A stretch of 44,892 nucleotides of DNA, filler included, from Jimgerdemannia flammicorona (GCA_003990765.1; 2 parts of 2 records of this genome joined end to end with filler, not necessarily neighbours in it); one strand, 5' to 3'. Numbered from the whole stretch's first letter, positions 1 to 12,984 are shown. Translations and numbers: made by a program. Notes: a model not told the origin generated them from the letters alone.

Positions 1-274
1 AAAAAAAAAAAAAAAAAAAAAAAGCTTATCATTTTTTATACTTAATATTAGTTATCAATTATAAATAAATATAATATAAATAAGATATAAAATAAAATAA
101 AATAAAATAAATTCTATTATAAATTGCCTTTTTATTTATTTATTTATAATCAAATTCTAGAAATTCTATATTTGATTAATTTGTACAGTAAACTGTTTTG
201 AACTGAAAACAAGATGATGTCTGTACAGATGGGGGATTAAAATCAGATTTAGTATTCAGAAATGGAGAATTCAC

Positions 275-1088
275 TTAATGGTGCTTGTGCAGGCTTGCTG
301 CAGGCGTGAGATGAGGAACGGGTCCTTGCTCGGGCAACCCGAGAACAGCCCTCAGACGGACGTCGGACTCGTCGACCTTGCCCTTGCTATCGTCACCCTG
401 CGCGATCGAGATACCGGCCGACGCCATCAAGATGGCGATGGTAAACGCCTGAGCGTACATACGGGCTTGGACGAGCTTCTGCTGGGCGTTCAAATACTTG
501 TTGGAGAACGTGTAGGCTAGCGAGCCAGCCAATGAGGCAACCCATGAGACACCTGGTGAGGATAAGAATCGAAGTTAGGTGGTGGAATTTAAAGCGGGGT
601 GGATTGAATATTCGAAAAGTAGCGTACCGATAATAGTCCACCGATTGTCGTTAAGGTAGTCGAGGACCTTGTCCTTGGTGGTTGGGCCACTTACGTAGTG
701 GCGAGCGGCCTTATCCCCGAACTCATTTTCGTCCATATAGCCCAGCTGAGTCTTTTCATACTTCTCACGCGCCGAGTCGGCACCGAACAGCATGCCAGCC
801 GAGGTACCTGAAGGACAAAGAAAGATCAGGTTTGCGCATAGGTTCGGCCAGTTACAAAGATCTTTGGCACATTGAATTATAGCACATGGTTCCCGAAGTT
901 CACTTACCACTGACGACGAACAAGCTCTTGTATGCGGGCTTCAACGACTGGAATGCTGGGGCCTTGCCGACGGCGATTGTGGCAATCAGACCAAGACCGA
1001 GACCGGCAATGGCACCCTTGAAGCCACCATTGATGGTAGCCTTCATGTGGCCCTCTTCTTGAGCTTTGGTGAGTTGACGGTTGGCCAT
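275..1088 (-). CDS. RCF2: Respiratory supercomplex factor 2-like (HIG1-domain) mitochondrial membrane protein; 3 exons (1088-908, 807-628, 552-275)
   Basis: Spliced translation MANRQLTKAQEEGH...GTSAGMLFGAD...DYLNDNRWTIIG/VSWVASLAGSLAY...QKLVQARMYAQAFTIAILMASA. The QKLVQARMYAQ motif is typical of HIG1/Rcf2. GT-AG introns keep the frame. Confidence 0.85.
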
Positions 1089-1760
1089 GGTAAGTAACGG
1101 GAATGAGGGTTTAGGAAACGGTGTTTTCAGGATGGGGAGGATTGATAATCGGTCAAAATATATGGAACAAAAGTTCGTGACTGGATATTTAGAAATCTTG
1201 GGCAATATGACCTCATCACTCTGAACCGTGCAATTGCGAATCATTGTCGACCTTCCCGCCATAACATCACGCCACACCTCACGTCCTGTGCCATTTTTGT
1301 TGTCCCGTAAAGTTTTCGTTCCTCGGCCCTTTTGGATCAAAAGTTTGAATGCAGCTCTAACCCCCCGATTCTCTTACATGTCGATCTCGTCCACTCTTAC
1401 ATGCATCTCATTAGAACATCTGCCGCAGTCACCAAGAAGGAAGTTTGGATCGAGATTTTCCAAGATTTCAACGGCATATAAGAACCTCTTTGAGGGTGCA
1501 TAAACTGACCAAGAAAATAGCAAGGGGGTACTTTCCGGTCTGTCGGCAAGCTAACCAAATTCGGGCTGGAATCCTCTATGGGTGACGCGGGCGTCCCGAT
1601 TTGGGTAATCGATTACAAAGTAGAGTGCTGCGGGAAAAGATAACGGGGCCTAAAAAAGAGACCAGGGAAGAGTACTCCCACCAGACCAGCATAGCACTTG
1701 GGACCTGGCCTGGTAGGTAGGGCAGGTAGAGTACTGGACAGCGCCGGTATGCTCCGGCTG

Positions 1761-1841
1761 ACTACGTCACGGTGATCCATGCAACTTATATATTAAATTT
1801 TGATAGATTGGGCGACGTCACGCCCACGCGCGAAAACGCGT
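1761..1841. promoter_or_regulatory. Putative promoter elements in the RCF2 / unknown-gene divergent region: CRE-like (TACGTCA, CGACGTCA), GCGCGAAA (E2F/SCB-like) and ACGCGT (MCB)
   Basis: Motifs read directly at 1763-1769, 1813-1820, 1828-1835 and 1836-1841, about 75-150 bp upstream of ATG 1916. Function is inferred. Confidence 0.35.
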
Positions 1842-1915
1842 TTCAAGTATTACCTACCAGGTCAGCCCCACTCCGTGACTCGCCCGCGCCATCCCTTGAC
1901 TCCTTTTGAGGAAAT

Positions 1916-4168
1916 ATGTCAACAACAACCTTCGACACATCGAGAACCCCAATGCCAAAGAAGAGAATGGATCGTATTCTATGGGTCGAGGTGCGCCTTC
2001 TATCCAAATCTCTCGGAATTATCTGCTGTGCCACCCCCTGTCCCCCCCCTGTCTAGACCTCCAACGCATATGTTCGCTTTTAGCCTCCTCCTCCACCCGA
2101 ACAGTTTAGCTTCTTGAAACGAAAGCGCAACGGCACATTGGTCGCCAGAAATATAAAGAAAACACCTTGCTGGGTCCCACCCAAGAATACGAAATTCGTC
2201 GCACTCGTACCCGATGAAGATAACGCGCCCGCAGCAGAGGTCTTGTCTTGCAAGAATAACCCGCAGATCTCGGACAGCACGGAGGTCGCTGGTGGGAACC
2301 TCGTCAACGATCAGCGAAAAGGGAAACAGATACTAGGGGTGAACTCCAAGTCTTTTAATACTAAGGGGAAACGCCAGTTTACCGACGATCTCACGGTAAC
2401 GGTAACTTTCGGCTCCCCTGTCTCGTTATTCTCGATACGACATCTTTGTTAAGTGGCATTCACGTTGTCTTGATTTGTACTAATGCGCATTCCTATTTTC
2501 TAATCCCTTTGCGTCCCCAGGCAGCAACAAATGCCGCCCCCCTTCCCAAGCGAAGACGGAAATCTCAACTGCCGTCGCTCCCCGAAAATCCGGCATACCA
2601 CTCCCCAGACTTCTCTAGGATCATGCAAGCTATGGCTGGCCCGATTGCGTACAGCAACGGCGTCCAGCTACCGTGCAATGGCAGCGGTGACGCCGGTGCC
2701 GTCGACGCGGCCACCAGCGATCCCCGCGGCAGCGGTAGGTTCCTCTCACCTCCGACGCCGATCCACCTCGAGATCGTCGACCATACGCGACCTTATATTG
2801 ACCGCGACGAGATCCGCTTCCCCGTATACAGACAATGATGATGGCAGCCTGATATTCGACTTCACTCGGCTTTTAAGGAGCCCCCCGCGCAAGGATGCCG
2901 CTACCATGAACGGATCGGCGACGTCGGCGAAGGAGGAAGAAACAGAGCCCCAGCCCGTACCGAAACCCGAGCCCCAACCCCAAACCGAACACCAACCCGA
3001 CACCGAATCCGTGATCCCATCGTGGAAGGACATGTACATGGGAGGCGATGCAACGGACGGTGGCTGTGGCGACGTGGGGGTGTCCTCATCAATGCTAGAG
3101 GAGATCTGGGAAACGAGCCAGCTGGAGAGGCAGCGCGCGGACGATGACGAAAGCAGGGAGGAGGATCAGCTTCTGCTGCTGCACGCACTAACCTCAGAAC
3201 TGGGATCACCTCCGCAAGGGCAGGACACCGCCGTACCGGAGTTGCTGGACGAATCCAACAGAACGGGGAGCTCGGCGTCGTCGGGGAGGTCAGACGTTGG
3301 GTCGCCGCCTATCGCGGTCGTGGAGGCGATGGACGAAAGCATGGCGACGGCTGTGATGAAGTGGTCGGATGATATGCTTACGCCTGCGGTATTTGAGGAG
3401 AGTGACGATGAAATAGGCGACGATTGTGAAGAGAGTGAGGGAGCTGAGAGCAGCATCGAGCTCGATTTCGATCGTATCGATGATGGGTTCGACGAGACAT
3501 TCTTGATCTCGCTGCCGCGGCTCGGGGAGCTCGAACTTTTTGGGAATCCGGTGGCAGATCCACGTAATGATTGTGAAGAATACGACGTTACTGCTGAAAG
3601 GATATTGTCATTGCCATGGAGCGAGGCAACGGGTCATCATCATCATCCGACGATCAATCATCAACATTTTAACGTCTTTCCCACTCCGACGGCGACCTTA
3701 CCATCTTCTCAACCATCAACCCCGCCGCGCAATCCGACCTTCTCCACTCTGCCCCCGACCCAGATTCAAGCACAAACCGTCACCAACCTCTTCGCCACCC
3801 CACTGCCCAATCAGATGACCCCGCCCCCGACTTTTGTTACATCCTTCCACGCCCCGTCGCAGATTACCTGGTCATCCCCGTGCTGGAAAGCATCGGCCTT
3901 AACCGTCCTGCACGGCGACGTTGTCTCCGACACGCCCGCCTCGTCCTTGTCCATGGGACGGAAGCGCGTCAATGAGGCCTTTCTCCTCGAGGCGCCACAG
4001 TCGTCGCCAGAGGGGTTGCTAGGGATCCTGCAGCAATGCCAGGGCGGGGAGGAAGTCGGGTGCGTTGTTTCGGCGGACGTGAGCCCCTGTGGGAGCGTGA
4101 TGAGTTTCGGGGGAGGGTCGGTGGGGATGGGATTTGTTGGGGAGGAAGATTGGTTGGTCGGAGTTTGA
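1916..4168 (+). CDS. Hypothetical protein, largely low-complexity/acidic, with basic NLS-like patches; 4 exons (1916-1990, 2105-2401, 2521-2734, 2832-4168)
   Basis: Three GT-AG introns join the ORF-track fragments in frame (MSTTTFDTSRTPMPKKRMDRILWVE/FSFLKRKRNG...; .../AATNAAPLPKRRRKSQ...RGS/DNDDGSLIFDF...). No recognisable domain. Confidence 0.6.
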
Positions 4169-5160
4169 GATGTCGAGGGGGTGAAAATCGACCAGTTTGG
4201 GTTGAGACAGTTGGAAGGGTCTAGCGGAAAAATGGGACCATGGCGGAATGGGACCATGGCTGGAAGGCGTGACGCGGTTTTGGGAGAACGGATGGCTTGT
4301 TCAAACGTGTATATACCAACTTGCTTTGCGTCGTCGGCCAGCATTCATCACCTGGGTTCCCTTATGTTTTCTTTGTTTTTTTTTGTTTTTTGTTTTTTGT
4401 GTTTTGTTTTTGCTCAATACGGAGAGGGCACATTTTGTTGGCTTGTGTAGAGAGATTTTTGACAAACCACGGCACATAGATGGTTGGGTTCTGCACATTT
4501 TCAGATTTTGCCCATTCGATTTTGACTCATCTGCATAGTGTGGAAATACCCTCCATCAATCGATCAGATCATTTTGCCTCTTTTTTTTTTTTTTGGTATT
4601 TTCTCACTTGAGGCCTTGCTCATTCGACCTGGCATTTTCGCATTGTTTATAGTCCGTCTTCATGAATAGTTTCCTCAACGATGCTGATTCAATTGTAATT
4701 TCTTGCAATCGTTCCATATATGTATTGTACATAGCATTGCGTATTAATATCTTTTTCAAAGCTCTCCATATGAACTCAACGCAAATGGATCCTTCTGGTT
4801 GTTCCGCCAGACCAAATGGCTAATTGTCTCGATCTCGCATTGGGCCAACCGCTAAAATTGATGTCAAATGCAGAAACAAAAAGCTTGTGGATTATGCATG
4901 CAGATGCTGTTTTAGTATGTACAACCGCGTATCAAAATACATGTAGACTTTCCTTCTGCACACTTCTCGACAAAAGAAAGGTTACAAGAGAGAGACAATA
5001 ATCTCTAATATAATCCACACCAGTCCCCCATCACAATCGTTCTGAGTATCTCAAAGGCGATTCCCAACAACTCTTTCACGAACCCTCCGCTACTCAGCAA
5101 ACCTCTACCCATCCTCACCAATGGTCGTCACTACCCCCATCAAACAACGACCTGCTCTCC

Positions 5161-6614
5161 TCATAGCTGCCCACAATCGACAATGGTGACTTTCTGGCTG
5201 GGCTTCCCCGATGCCGACCCAAGCTTCTCCATGCGCCGCACTAAGTCCATTCCCTGGGTTACCTGACCAAACACCACGTGCTTGTTGTCCAACCACTCGG
5301 TCTTTTCGGTGCAGATGAAGAACTGCGAGCCGTTGGTGTTGGGACCGGCGTTGGCCATCGAGAGAATACCTGATGAGAGTGATAAGTGAGTGCTGAATGT
5401 AACGCAAGATGCCCTACATAGATGCAAGATAACCGAGAGGAATTGGTCGCTAAGTATGCTCACCAGGACCCGTGTGTTTGAGCACGAAATTCTCGTCGGC
5501 AAACTTGTCGCCATAGATGGATTTGCCGCCCGTGCCATTCCCCTTGGTGAAGTCTCCGCCTTGGCACATGAATTGCGGGATAATGCGGTGGAAGGAACTG
5601 CCCTTGAAACCGAACCCCTTCTCTCCCGTGCAGAGGGCCCGGAAGTTTTCTGTTGGCGCGAGGTGGCGGAGCAAAATCAGTTAGGATGGGGAGTTGCGTG
5701 GGTCTTTACGGTAGACCAGGTGACAATAGACCGGTATTTAAAGTGGTGGCTACTATGGTACCTGCTGTCTTTGGGACGATATCAGCTCGGAGCTGAGAGA
5801 TGGGATGGATATGTGGAATGGAGTAATGTCAGAAAACCAGTTACTGATAATATATGCCACGGAACTCTATACATACTTGAATCAGCCAGCAAATTTCACA
5901 TACCTCTATCACAATCTTTCCCGCCGCGCTATTGCCAATCTTGATGTCCATATACACGACGGGCTTCCCTCCCGCCTTTGGAGCCGACACAAGCGCTCCC
6001 GCTGCCGGAGTCGGGTCGACGACAGCGTCCTCCTCTCCCTCGTCGATTAACCCCACTTGATCCACGTCGGCCGCGGTCTGAGGCATTGCATACTTTTGGA
6101 GCCACGCGTCTTCTGACCAGACTGGATGTTTCAGAGAGAGACGAGGAGAGTGAACGGTGGTTGATACATGTTTCCCCTCATTCGTAGTGCTCAACCATGC
6201 TGCGGAGTAAACATATTAAAAGTCAGGACAATTGGATGGAAACATACCTGCTCTGTTAGAGTTCGAGGAGATGCGTGTCGGTCTGGCCAGGTTTACCTTG
6301 ATGACTTTACCATAGAGTTCTGATTGGTCCATGTTGTCGATGGCGGCAGAGGTATCCTCGGCGGTTTCAAACTCGATGAAACCAAACCCACGATGCTGGT
6401 TGTCTATAGACAGAAGGGTATTATTATCTCATCTCTGGGGCTCTTGAGGTTGGGAGTATTGGGGGGACTTACGCGAGGCCGGGTCGGGGGGGAGCTGAAC
6501 GGAAATGACATCGCCAAAGGGGACAAAGGCGGCGTGTAGAATTTCTTCATTGACCTGCTGGTCGATGCCGCCGACGTATATTGTTGTCTTGTTGTCGGTG
6601 TTTGGTGCGGCCAT
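5161..6614 (-). CDS. PPIE: Peptidyl-prolyl isomerase E (cyclophilin E/Cyp33; RRM + cyclophilin); 6 exons (6614-6473, 6403-6248, 6121-5904, 5792-5762, 5649-5464, 5369-5161)
   Basis: RRM ([34 protein letters not shown]), linker VWSEDAWL, and cyclophilin motifs ([66 protein letters not shown]). Confidence 0.93.
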
Positions 6615-6694
6615 TGTTTTTATTTTATTTTTGAAGTTGGTGGTTGTCGGTGTTTGGTGCGGCCATTGTTTTTATTTTATTTTTGAAGTTGGTG
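6591..6694. repeat. Perfect 52-bp tandem duplication spanning the PPIE start codon and 5' UTR
   Basis: gttgtcggtgtttggtgcggccattgtttttattttatttttgaagttggtg occurs at 6591-6642 and again at 6643-6694. Confidence 0.95.
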
Positions 6695-6798
6695 GCGGTG
6701 TCTCGTTCTATACCGCGTGCGCTGACGTCACCCATCCCTCTCACCCAATTTATTATAACTCCTTCGCCACAACCTCTCCCACTTCTTCCTCCGAAACA

Positions 6799-8043
6799 AT
6801 GCCACGGAGCACCTCCCCGCACTCACGTCCACTCCCCGACCACAACTACCGCGACATCGACCACCCCCGCCCCTCGTCACCTTCGGTCCGTGCGTCCCAT
6901 CCGAGAGAGAGGGACAGGGATCATCGTCGCAGTTACTCACCGGCCGGACGATCATCTGAGAGAGAGCGTGACAGCCGGAGGGGGTACGATGCCAGGGACA
7001 GAGACAGGGAGAAGGATAGGGAGAGGGAAAGAGCTAGGAGACCCCGGTCGAGATCCTCTGACCGAAGAGGTATGTAATCTTGGTTAATTTATGCAACCCA
7101 ACCAGATTACAGTAATGGTATCTCGATTAGTATTAATTGGACTCCTCTTTCAAAGCAGAACGACATGCCAAGGGAAGAAGCCAGTCACCGCATGGTCGCG
7201 ACCGTGACCGTGACCGTGAGCGTGATCGTGATCGCGAAAGAGGCAGGGAGAGAGATTATGGCCGCGAAGGTAAATTATCCATTTTTTTATTTCAGCATTA
7301 TCATCTGTCACCCTATTTCTATTTGTCTCCTTCGGTTCTATATCCGCTCCTCTTTTCCCTCCCCAGCGCACCGGATTTAAAAAAAGAAAGAAAAAAAAAA
7401 AAAACGAACGTATTTTGGAACCATCGCCCACCCTCGCTCCCCCCTCCCCCTCTCTCATCACCAATTCCCACCCCGCAGATGGCAAAGGTTCATCGCGGCG
7501 CTCGCGCTCGGGATCAAGGCAGCGATTCGATGTTCCACGCAGAGATCGAGAAGATAATTACCGTCGCCATGACGGACCTTCGGCGCTCGAGAGCGAGGTC
7601 ATGGAGGAGGACGGCGCGGTCCCGGCGGAGGATGAGGACCCAGAAGCCGCCATGAGGCGGATGATGGGGTTCGGTGGGTTTGAGACAACCAAGGTGAGGG
7701 AGGGAGGGAATGTTGTGATTCATTTTTTCTGCGGTCAAGTGAGTGAGTAAATCGGTACACGCCTGTTATACTCAGTTTATGGATTTTGACGTTTACAAAC
7801 CTATTTTCTAGAACAAACATGTTCCTGGCACGGATGTCTCTGCTGTGAGCATTAAGAAGACGCGGCAGTACAGGCAGTACATGAACCGGCGCGGCGGTTT
7901 CAACAGGTTCGTCTTGGTCAATTGCTGCTCATCGTTGATATTGACCGATCCATCGCGATAGTAATGATCGCAGTCCCATTTGACCCCTTTCTAAACTGTA
8001 ATTCTTTTTACATCTTCGCAGGCCCTTGGACAAAATTGCGTGA
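6799..8043 (+). CDS. SNRNP27: U4/U6.U5 tri-snRNP 27 kDa protein; 5 exons (6799-7069, 7159-7269, 7479-7693, 7812-7906, 8022-8043)
   Basis: RS/RD-rich N-terminus, then the family C-terminus MRRMMGFGGFETTK/NKHVPGTDVSAVSIKKTRQYRQYMNRRGGFNR/PLDKIA*. Confidence 0.92.
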
Positions 8044-8660
8044 ATCGGTGACGTTCTGATGCGCGCCTCTTACGGCAACGATTTAGGTAGAAAGTCTTGT
8101 CTGATATAATTTGGCATGTTCGGCTTCGAGAATTGCGTCGGTTTTCTAGATTTTTGAGTTGTGCGCTATCTGTTCATGGAATTTGTGGTTGTATTCGTCA
8201 CGTCTAAGGGAAGGTCTCGAACGACCAATATCGGCCTTTGGTGGTCAAACTTTCTTTGATCGATCTCTCCTCCCCCCAAATCGTTAAAATTTTATTGGGC
8301 GCAATAATGATTTAGTACTTTCGCCTTTCACTGTCAAACGAGTTTATTTCTTTTCCAATTGCTTGTTTAAGTATCCACCCAATTCCACTACAAATTAATG
8401 GAACACAATATCAGATAAAAGAAAATGTCAAATGTTGAAGACTTCTACCCAGCAGAGAAACTATCATTATCTATGCATTAAGTACTCTCCAATCGTCCCT
8501 TACTCGTGCCTGTTCTTTTGTCACATGAGCTTACCAAGATTATTGTTCAGCGCGTATCCCAAATCCAGTTTTTTTTTTTTCTTTTTTTTAAATTCAAAAT
8601 TTATCTGAAACAGTTTGCCATCATCTGTCAGTTTTCCTTTATATTAGCCAACCACGCACC

Positions 8661-10339
8661 CTACCCAATCGTCTCCCGACCGCCCATCCAACCCCTCAGT
8701 ACCTCTGGTATCACGACAGTGCCGTCGGCGCGCTGGAAGTTCTCGAGCACGGCGATGATGATGCGCGGCACCGCGATTGCGGTCCCGTTCAGTGTGTGCA
8801 CGTACTCGAGGGCCGGGCCTTGCTTCGCCCCCGAGGAGGAGGTGGGGCGGTACCGGATGCTAAGCCGTCGGGATTGGTAGTCGGTGCAGTTTGACGTGGA
8901 CGAAATCTGGGTTGTAGATAGGATTTGTGTATTGGCGATGGTTGATGCGGGCGGAAAGGGTACAGCATGAAATGCAAATAGTGAGATAACTTGAGATTGG
9001 CTCACCTCGCCCCACCCGTTGCGACCGGGCATCCATGCTTCCATGTCATACTTGCGGTATGCGCTCGCGCCGAGCTCTTGAGTGGGCATGTCAAGCACCC
9101 TTTAATTTCGTAATGTATAAGTACATCAGATTGTGATTGAACTCGTCACACGTATTCCAAAAGTGAAATACATTTGGGCACGCCTCACCTAAAACAAAGG
9201 CCCAGCTCGTCAAAGATGTTCTCCTGCAATGTCCTAATCTCCTCCATCATTACCTCGCTCCCCTCCGGTGTCGTCAACGCAAACAACTCGACCTTAGAGA
9301 ACTGGTGCACGCGGTACAACCCCTTCGTATCGGCGCCCCTCGCCCCAGCCTCAGCCCTGAACGCCCTTCCGAACCCCACCATCTTCACTGGCAGCTCCCT
9401 CTCGCCTAATACCCGCTTTGCATACATGCCCGCCAGCGGCACCTCTGCCGTCCCTGCCAGGCACATACGCGATGCCTCAGACCCCTGTGTCGCCGTGCTT
9501 ACGTCGTAGATCTGCGACATCTCCCCTGCCCGCGGCTGGAACCCGCACGCGTGGGTCATCTCTGTCCGCACTACGTCAGGCGTGATCACGGGCGTAAACC
9601 CGCAAGACCGTGCCTTGCTCATCGCGTATTGAACCAGTGCGAGCTCGAGAAGAGCCGCGTCGTTCTTGAGGTAGTAAAAGCTCGTGCCGGAGACGAGCGA
9701 GGCTGATTCCAGATCCAACAGGTCGTGCCGCCGCGCGAGCGTCACGTGGTCCTGAAGTTCAAACCCAGCCGTTTCGTTTGTGTTAGGGGTGCCGACGATC
9801 TTGAGAACTCGGGCGTTCGGTTCAGGGCCGATGGGTGCTGATGAGTGGGTGTCGTTAGGGATCTGAAGGCCCTGGCGTAGCAAGAATTCCTCGGTGGTGG
9901 CGAGCTCGGCCTCGGCGGTCTGAATCGTATCCTTGAGACGCTTGCCTTCCTCGATGAAGGGTTGACGTTCTTCGGGTGAGGGGGCATTTTTAGAGAGTGC
10001 GGAGAGCTCGTTACGACGACTGCGTAGGCCGTTAAGCTCGGTGACGAGGGAAGTGTATCGGGCGTGGAGCTGAACGACAGCGCGTATGTCGACACCCTTG
10101 AAATTGCGGTCACGGATGTTGAGGGCGATGGCATCGACGTTCTCGGCGAAGTGTCTGTAATTGAGGTGGGGCTTCAGGAGGGCGTGGCGAGGTAACGGTG
10201 GCGTGGGTTCCTCGTGGTGGCTCTTTTCGGTGCAGTTCGCGCGTCTCGAGGACGTAATGGCGGGCTGAATGATTGTTCTTGAGTATGAGAGGCCAGCGAG
10301 GCTTTTGGTTGTGAGGCGATATGCCGACGCGTTGAACAT
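8661..10339 (-). CDS. Seryl-tRNA synthetase, mitochondrial type (DIA4/SARS2-like); 3 exons (10339-9189, 9099-9006, 8906-8661)
   Basis: Basic N-terminal presequence, coiled-coil arm, and class II motifs [15 protein letters not shown]...[53 protein letters not shown]. Confidence 0.92.
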
Positions 10340-10396
10340 TTGTCGTCTTGTCGCGTGCTCGCGTGCGGTGGGGATGAGTAGATGACGTCACTCGGC

Positions 10397-10435
10397 ACAA
10401 TATCTCCAAAGAGACGACAATATCTCCAAAGAGAC
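10397..10435. repeat. 20-bp tandem duplication in the SerRS / MATH-BTB divergent promoter
   Basis: acaatatctccaaagagac(g) occurs twice, directly after TGACGTCA at 10383-10390. Confidence 0.85.
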
Positions 10436-10483
10436 AATGTGACTGATTGTTTGTGTGGCTTAGCATCAAAGGTCCTCCTCGCG

Positions 10484-12152
10484 ATGGAACACAACTCCGG
10501 CCCTTTCTACACAAACTCCGTCCTAGATACTTTCAGGTTTGTTCTTCATTTTCAATTTCCCCCCCACCTGCTGCCCCCATTATGTCACCCCCCAACTAAT
10601 ATGTCCTGTCCGAAAACAGTTACACATGGTCCATCAAAAACTTTCCCCTCGTGCGCAAGATATACCCCACCGGGAAGGATCTGCTCAGCAACACCTTCTG
10701 GTGTCCGCCTCCGCCCGAGAACGAGAAGGGAGATCAGGGATCGGGGTTCAATCACGGAAGGGTGGATCGGAGGAGGCCGTTTTCTTGGGTGTTGAGGTAT
10801 CTCGTCATGTTTATCCCATGTGTACATCGACCAGGATCTAGCTCATGCAGCCGATATCCCTTATTTCCTCTAGTCTCTATCCATCTGGCAACACACATGC
10901 AGGCGACCACGTCGCCTGCTACCTCAAAGCGATTCCAACCGATGATGAACAAAGCCGCCCCTGGAAACGCGACAACATCAATCTCGTCCTCGAAGCCTAC
11001 GCCGTCGTCCCTTCCTCTTTTGAAACCGCCACCCCCCTCGACAATTACGGCGAGGACATCCCCGCGGACTCGACCTGTCTCCCGAACCGGAAAACCTCGC
11101 TGACCGTTGGCAGCATGCGCAACAACGCCGTCCGATTTCGCCCGCTCCCCAACGACGGCCAGATACACACCATTCTCATCGAGCGGTGGTCTGGCGGTGA
11201 GATTGCTTGGGACAGGCAGATCCTCGACTGGGGGCGAAGAAGGTTCTTCCACCAGAGCCGGCTGCCCAAGAATCCTCACTCGGACGGCCGAATCGAGCCG
11301 TACGACCTCCTCATCCGTGTGCACATCCTCATCAATTCCCCGCTCTCGGATGCTCAACCTGAGCAAGATCCCCTCGCCAGTTACGACATCTCAAGCCCCT
11401 CCCGATCGCCTACCCCTATCTCCGAAATCCCTGCCCACCCAGCCATGACCACACTCATCTCCGCAACCAACCTTCCCACCACCGTCCCTCCCACCCCCAC
11501 CCCTACCCCCACGCCCGTACCCCTAACTCTCGACCTTACACCTGCAGTCGACGACCCGCGCTTCAGCGATATCATCTTTGCCTTCGACGCGGATCCGCGT
11601 CCCCTCCGCGCGCATCGCGTCATCCTCGCCTCCCGCTCCAACTACTTCTCCAACCTCCTCTCCACCGCCTGGGCCGAAGACACGCGCGCCACGGTCCAGA
11701 TTGGCGGCGGGATGCGCTACGAAACCTTCCGCTCGGTCCTACACTACCTCTACTCGGGCCGTCTCCGCGAGGGCGAGGACGGGTGGGACGCCTCGCTCCT
11801 GCACGACGTATACCGCGCAGCGGATATGTACGGGATGGAGGGGCTGATGACATGCGCGGTGGAGCGACTCGCACGTGTGAGAGTCGATGAAGAGAACTGG
11901 GAAGGGCAGATGGTGTTTTCTTTCGAGTGGGGGGTTGAAAGTGTCAGGAAGAATGTCGTGCGATGGATGGTGGAGAATTGGGGAATCGTCGAGAGTGGGA
12001 ACGGGTTAAGTAGGGTGTTGGCCACGGGGAATGTCGCGTGGTTAAAGGAGGTGTTGGTCCAGGTGGGCATAGTAGGGAAGGTGAATAGGGGACCTGAGGA
12101 TAAGAGAAGGGAGAAGATGGTGAAAGACGGGAGGAGAAATACTTTTGGGTAG
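10484..12152 (+). CDS. MATH-BTB/POZ (SPOP-like) cullin-3 adaptor; 3 exons (10484-10536, 10620-10796, 10874-12152)
   Basis: MATH-like strands FSYTWSIKNF...SNTFW...WVLSLYPSGN...DHVACYL. BTB motifs FSDIIF...LRAHRVILASRSNYF...FRSVLHYLYSG...AADMYGMEGL. Confidence 0.8.
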
Positions 12153-12984
12153 CACGGTAAGTGGTTCTACCCGAGCTGTTCAATGGGCAATTGACGGAAA
12201 GAATGCTTTATTTTAATGGCTTGAATCAATAGGTGTATACATTCTGTTTAAATCCAAAACTTAAAGACTTATCCTGGCGATCTGAATCAGATCGCCTCTA
12301 GAGCATTAATTCGCAGTCGCGATATTTTTGCCTACAAAAATGTATTTTTTTTATTTAGAAGTCCGAAGCTCGCACTCGAAGTAATTATATTCAGCTTAGC
12401 AAGTTTAGCGTCAATGTTCTTGGCAAATCTTGTATATCTTTTAATTATACAAATGTATTGGCCCGTGTTCATGCAAATATACCCTCCACTTCCCCCAGAT
12501 CCATCAGCCTCGCCCCACCGGTTGATCGACGGCCCATTGATCCCTCAACTCCACACCTCCACTTATCTTTCACTCAAACCCCTCTCCTCTCCATCTATTC
12601 AGTGCTATTGCCTTTCCATCATGCATCCTTTTTTCTGGGATATAGTCATACAGACCAAGGATATCCCCCAAACAGGTGGGCCAACCGCATCCGGTTGTAT
12701 TGTTCTCAGCGTCGGCGGGTTGCTCTTTTTTTTTTTTTCTTTTTTCCTATTCACGACGATTACGCGCACTCCTCCTCGTCATCACACGGACAATGGAGAT
12801 TAAACCACCCGCGTGCATTATCGACATATGGGGCCCGAAACCAGATTTCAAAATTCATGCGCATTTTTTTCACACAAGCAATCCGATATGATTTCGGGGG
12901 GCTAGGACAAAGATCCCATGGGAGTCAACATTACGTGACAACTAAGGCTTTGTAAATACTGGAATCTCGGGTTCAAACTATGGG

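Noticed and set aside
1..180. Poly(A) and very AT-rich stretch
   Set aside because: Possibly a TE tail or decayed repeat at a contig edge, but it has no diagnostic feature.
2531..2831. N-terminal part of the 545-aa ORF (MPPPFPSEDG...)
   Set aside because: Probably the wrong frame plus an intron; the spliced model uses another frame and intron 2735-2831.
5390..5944. 184-aa plus-strand ORF
   Set aside because: Antisense shadow of cyclophilin exons and introns.
7197..7237. (GACCGT/GATCGT)n hexamer repeat
   Set aside because: It simply encodes the RD/RE dipeptide tract of SNRNP27.
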